DNA of 41,012 nucleotides from Perkinsus olseni (Eukaryota): NCBI GenBank assembly GCA_013115125.1, contig JABANN010000303.1, positions 1 to 41,012 of the forward strand, read 5' to 3'. Shown piece by piece: positions 36,921 to 41,012 of this stretch (position 1 is its first letter; each line of letters starts with the position of its first letter). The notes under the pieces were generated by a model. It saw only the letters and a program-made list of their open reading frames with translations, ran no database searches and was not told where the DNA came from. The position numbers and the translations under genes were made by a program.

Positions 36921-38711
36921 ATGTTGGCAGATAAATGGCGTTTGCCCCCTCTCCTGCCGGTGGGATTGATCGGCCTATCGATCTTCTACATCTGGTATAA
37001 CTTCTTCAAACCCGTTGATATCATCCCGGTTTCGGATGGCGGTGTTGCAGCACCGCAGCACAGGACGTGCTTGGAGAAAGCACAGCAGGGTCCATCTGCC
37101 GGAGCTGAAACACCGAAACGAAACCGCCGCATTTTTATCGACCTCGGTGCGAATGATGGCCAATCGTTGGAGTTCCTGATGAAATGGAAGGAGCGTGAGG
37201 GAGAGGTGAGAGTTGGGAGATGTAACGTATCCATCCGTGACCATCAATGGACGGTCGTAATTGTCCTTGCTGTGCTATGAATTACACAGTTTCCAGACCT
37301 ACTTGGAACAACCCCGAAGCAATTTATTCGTACTTAGTGGTAATAGTAGTTAGTAATTTAATTTAGTATTTAGACGTAATTTGGTCTGGGTTTTATCAAA
37401 TTGCTTTCGGAGCAATGCTCTGGGGTTTTACTAAGTAGTGTTGTTCGTTTATCACGTTAATTGAGTCTCATATTCACATTCTTGTCGTGAGAATGTTAAT
37501 ATAAGAATCAAGAAAATAACGGTATGACGTTCCCATGAGAATCTTGCGGAGACGGCAAGAGCAACTTGACAAAGTGGTTGATTGCTTACAAGTTTTAGTC
37601 AGCCATGTGGAGACTTTTCGTTCTAATAACTCTTTGATCAGCATTTCGATCCATCGGAATGGGAGGTATATTTCTTCGAGTTGAATCCCCAGTGGGAGGA
37701 TAAGTTGAAGTCTCGATGCCGAGAAAACGAGAAGATAACAATTTGTGTGCCAATCATGGCTGGCGCCTGGACGAAGACCGGCGAGATCGGGTAGTCGGGA
37801 TTGATACATATCTATCAAAGATATTTAACTATTGGCTCTGAGAGCGAACTGGGAGTTTGCGGTCTTGTGCTGTGGTGAGGGGCAAGATTATTATTCCGAC
37901 TAGACACTCTCTTTCTCGGCTGCTTCTTATTATGCTTCCGAAGAGCGCCGCTTCTTTGAGCTCGCCCGTGCCGTTTTCCCACCCGTCGGCGTTGCTCGTA
38001 GCTGAGTGTTGACTCAACACTGTTGAGGTACTTCAAAGATGCGGCAGTTTCGAAGCCGAAAACTAAGCACGGCATCGAGGTTCACTATGACTCTGTTGGT
38101 ACCAGCCTGTACAATCGCAAGGAGGAGCAGGCCGCGAAAGGTGAGCCGAAGACCATTGCATTCTCTTCTCCGAGAGAGAATAAGTTCATACTGGATGGCG
38201 TGGGCGACACCGCGAATAGTCGTACACGAGTACGCCGGGCTGTCATCATTTCGGGAGTCTTTCAGGGAAGAAAGGCTCTTGGCAAGAAGACGGTTGTGTC
38301 GTCGACTTTTCGGCTTGGCTGGAGCGTGTGGTGCCGGTGTCACAAATGGACGAAGTGTTACTGAAAGTTGACATTGAAGGGGCGGAGTGAAGACTAGAAC
38401 CGGTTTTCATTTCAAACCGCTGTTAAAACTTCAGATACGAGCTCATGGAGCATCTCAATAAATCAGGCGTGATGAGAGGAAGGCTGTCGACTGTCGCGGT
38501 GGAATGGCATCCGAAGATCTTCGCTAACTCTGCCAAGCGTAAGCATTCAGAGTTGCCTAGGGGCTTGAGAGTGCGGCCTGTCCATGATTGTCATAATACT
38601 TAACTACTCGTCTGTGCAGTTGGTGGCGCCGAAGAGGAGTCAAAGGCCCGTTCGGGTATCATTCAGGGTATCCAAGGTCAAAGCGTGAAGTACATGGAAT
38701 GGGAATATTGA
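36921..38711 (+). CDS. FkbM-family (Methyltransf_21-like) SAM-dependent methyltransferase with N-terminal membrane anchor, spliced
   Basis: N-terminal hydrophobic LLPVGLIGLSIFYIWY; motif I RIFIDLGANDGQS; later exons VLLKVDIEGAE|YELM and VAVEWH; stop TGA at 38709-38711 after KYMEWEY. Confidence 0.85.
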
Positions 38712-39506
38712 GTTCTTGTTATTCCACCTTTCGATTTTGCGTTGATCGGGAGCCTTTTGCAGAGCACTCGGCCGTACTGCTCGGAAGCCTCCCCGTTCGG
38801 TTGAGGTACGGTCCGGTTGGGAGAATGGTCCACAGGCAATTACGTTGGGAGAGGTTCCCATGTGGCGATATGAAGGACACCAATCTACATCAACTTCGCT
38901 GCTCTCCCGACGGCTCCCTTATTTGGGGCTGCCTAACTGGCACTCCTTCGTCGCGGCTTTCGCGAGGCTAGCGAATGAGAATTTCTTAGCAGACTTCGAA
39001 AAGCATTGTCCCGAGCTCATGAACAGGATCAGAGAGCGAATAGGAGAGTACCATCAGAGCCCTATGATCGAGCTGGGAGAAGAGTATGATATCATCTTTG
39101 AGTTTGCGTGCTCTGCTCGGCGTGTGCGACTTTGAGGTTCTCGACAAGTAGTGCAGCTTCGATTGCGAACGCGTTATATTATGCAGAGGTTGAAGGGGTG
39201 GAGTGGTATCGGACGCGTGGTCTGCTGGGACCTCCTAGATATCTCTAATCAGGCATCTGACGTAATCTTTGAGATTCTGGGAATCTCAGATTCGGGGAAT
39301 TCCGGGGACACAACGGTGCTTTGTCAGGGCGAGTGATCCTATAGAGCTGCGTACTGTTTCCCATTAGCCAATTCCCTCCACACCATTGATGCCCTACTTA
39401 TCACCACATTTACCCTGGTTGCGTTCTGCATGAGTCGAGTTGGTCTTCCTCAAGGGAGAACTAGATCTTGTTAGGCCTCACAACTCGCCAGTGGCAATGG
39501 TCCTTG

Positions 39507-39528
39507 GTGATCGCCGATCACTGATCGG
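39507..39528. repeat. 14-nt inverted-triplication scar
   Basis: GTGATCG-CCGATCAC-TGATCGG (X = GTGATCGG), exact. Confidence 0.9.
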
Positions 39529-39761
39529 GTTCACTGGCTTCTCACTTCGGCGTGCAGAGCTATACGTGCTGGCGAGAGACTGTGCCCCACAGTAGCGGTG
39601 TTAGTGGAGTCTTCACCTCACAACTCACGCAAGTCGACACCGGGATACATACCATTAACAGATCATAAACATGTAGCATTGACTCGAACACCCTCGAAGT
39701 TGCATAATCAAGGTAAGATTACGTGATTCACGTAATCTTCACGTAACGTGAAGATCATGGA

Positions 39762-40313
39762 TTACTCGATTAATGAGATATCATGCCCCCCACGGACACC
39801 GTACTTCCAACTACGGAAAAAATCCCAGGGGTTTGGTCCTTGAAAATTCTTGAACCAGGGAGCTGAGGATTCGGTGTACCCAGGTGGAGGGTTGTCGGCC
39901 AGAAGGCTGAAGATTTTCCGGCACTTGAGATTATCCTTCTCGGTGATGGGCAGGAGGGAACGTAGCCGCATCATTACTTTTTCACTGAACTTTGCGAAGT
40001 AAATGAGGGGAGCGAAGTGCTCGAGGGCTTGTTCAACGTGGTCGGTGATTGTGAACCTCAGTGAGTTGCGAGTGAAGAGAAAGCTCAGTTCTGTGAAGTG
40101 TTCGTTGAATCTGAAATCACGAATCATAATGATCGTGGATTGATTCGGAAAGGTTTCGCAAATAGCTTGGGAAGATGGCGTTTTGAGAACAAGGGATGTG
40201 GCACCCCAGGATAAAGGGTGTTTCACGTCGCTGTAGGTGACTTTATGCACGATTCCAGCGGCCAGAAATCAGTCTTTAACGATGAAAATTGCGCCAGAGA
40301 GTCTCAATATCAT
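39762..40313 (-). pseudogene. Intronless putative secreted protein with an in-frame TGA at codon 15
   Basis: ATG at 40313 gives MILRLSGAIFIVKD*FLAAGIVHKVTY..., in frame with the 162-aa ORF that ends at 39762. Confidence 0.5.
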
Positions 40314-40453
40314 AGAAAACGTGACGGCAGAGTTTCGTAGATCCACGAGATGTGCAACCAGAGTAACAACGTCGAACGACCGCCAAGGAACCCCTCCGCT
40401 CAGCCGCGTTTCCTCACCCGACTGTCCTGCTCCCCTTGCATAGGCTTGGCGGC

Positions 40454-40475
40454 CTCACGAGTCGTGAGTCACGAC
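40454..40475. repeat. 14-nt inverted-triplication scar
   Basis: CTCACGA-GTCGTGAG-TCACGAC (X = CTCACGAC), exact. Confidence 0.9.
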
Positions 40476-41012
40476 CCCCACCCTTTGAAATCAACCCTTC
40501 GCATGCAGAAAATCGCGGCTGAGCGAGTTGTGCTCGGCTCAAGCCTGTCAATGCATGCGTAACAGAGCTCGGCTGTTACGAGAGGCCGCAGTCAGGCCGT
40601 AGTGTGGCCTGACTGCTGCTAGGGTCAGATGCCAATCGATCGTTTGCTAGGTCTTGGTTTTCTTTTTTTAACGCCTACCAGCCGAAGTAACCTTCAGTCG
40701 CTGTCTTGTACTCCGGCTGCGCGTTACTCTCGTAACGAGAGTAATAGTTACTGGGGCTCTGCTCAGCTCCTCCACTTCACCGGCGGTCCTGGTACTTACA
40801 CTGTGAACTCTTCCGACCTTGTAGAGTTCGTCGACAGTATCCCGTCCCTTTCTGGAGACTACGTGATTCGGCCTGTCGAGTTTCCGGATGGTGATTTGAC
40901 CGAACTGTCTCAGTACAACACGATATCTTTCAAGACTATTACTCGAAGGGAAAGAGGTTACATTTTTCAGAAGAGCCCTAGACCTGGCCCCGGGTTCATA
41001 TGTCTTTTACGA

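Noticed and set aside
38845-39336. Short plus-strand ORFs after the methyltransferase
   Set aside because: Possibly a gene relic, but fragmented and without identifiable homology.

Overview
Eukaryotic, intron-rich genomic DNA. Many introns are very short (about 30-70 nt), most GT-AG and some GC-AG. Gene style suggests a Perkinsus-like alveolate, but that is inference. 1-20 kb holds a spliced F-box/ankyrin gene with a tRNA-Lys(CTT) antisense in its first intron, and a ~16 kb multi-exon coiled-coil gene (possibly CEP290-like) carrying a ~1.1 kb internal tandem duplication. 20-33 kb is an accessory block: three paralogues of a secreted protein built from three 'P-x-G-x-Y' domains (one intact, two frameshifted), a decayed non-LTR retrotransposon and a TIR element rich in GGATC motifs. 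33-41 kb holds a CPFC glutaredoxin, an FkbM-like methyltransferase and small hypothetical genes. The most striking signal is a stereotyped micro-rearrangement found 19 times (16 exact, 3 with one mismatch), all from 23 kb onward. An 8-bp site X has become X[1-7] + revcomp(X) + X[2-8], a net +14 nt. It co-occurs with perfect palindromes that have a 1-nt spacer. These look like hairpin-derived excision scars of an 8-bp-TSD (hAT-type) transposon repaired by microhomology annealing, and they account for most of the frameshifts in the two dead paralogues.
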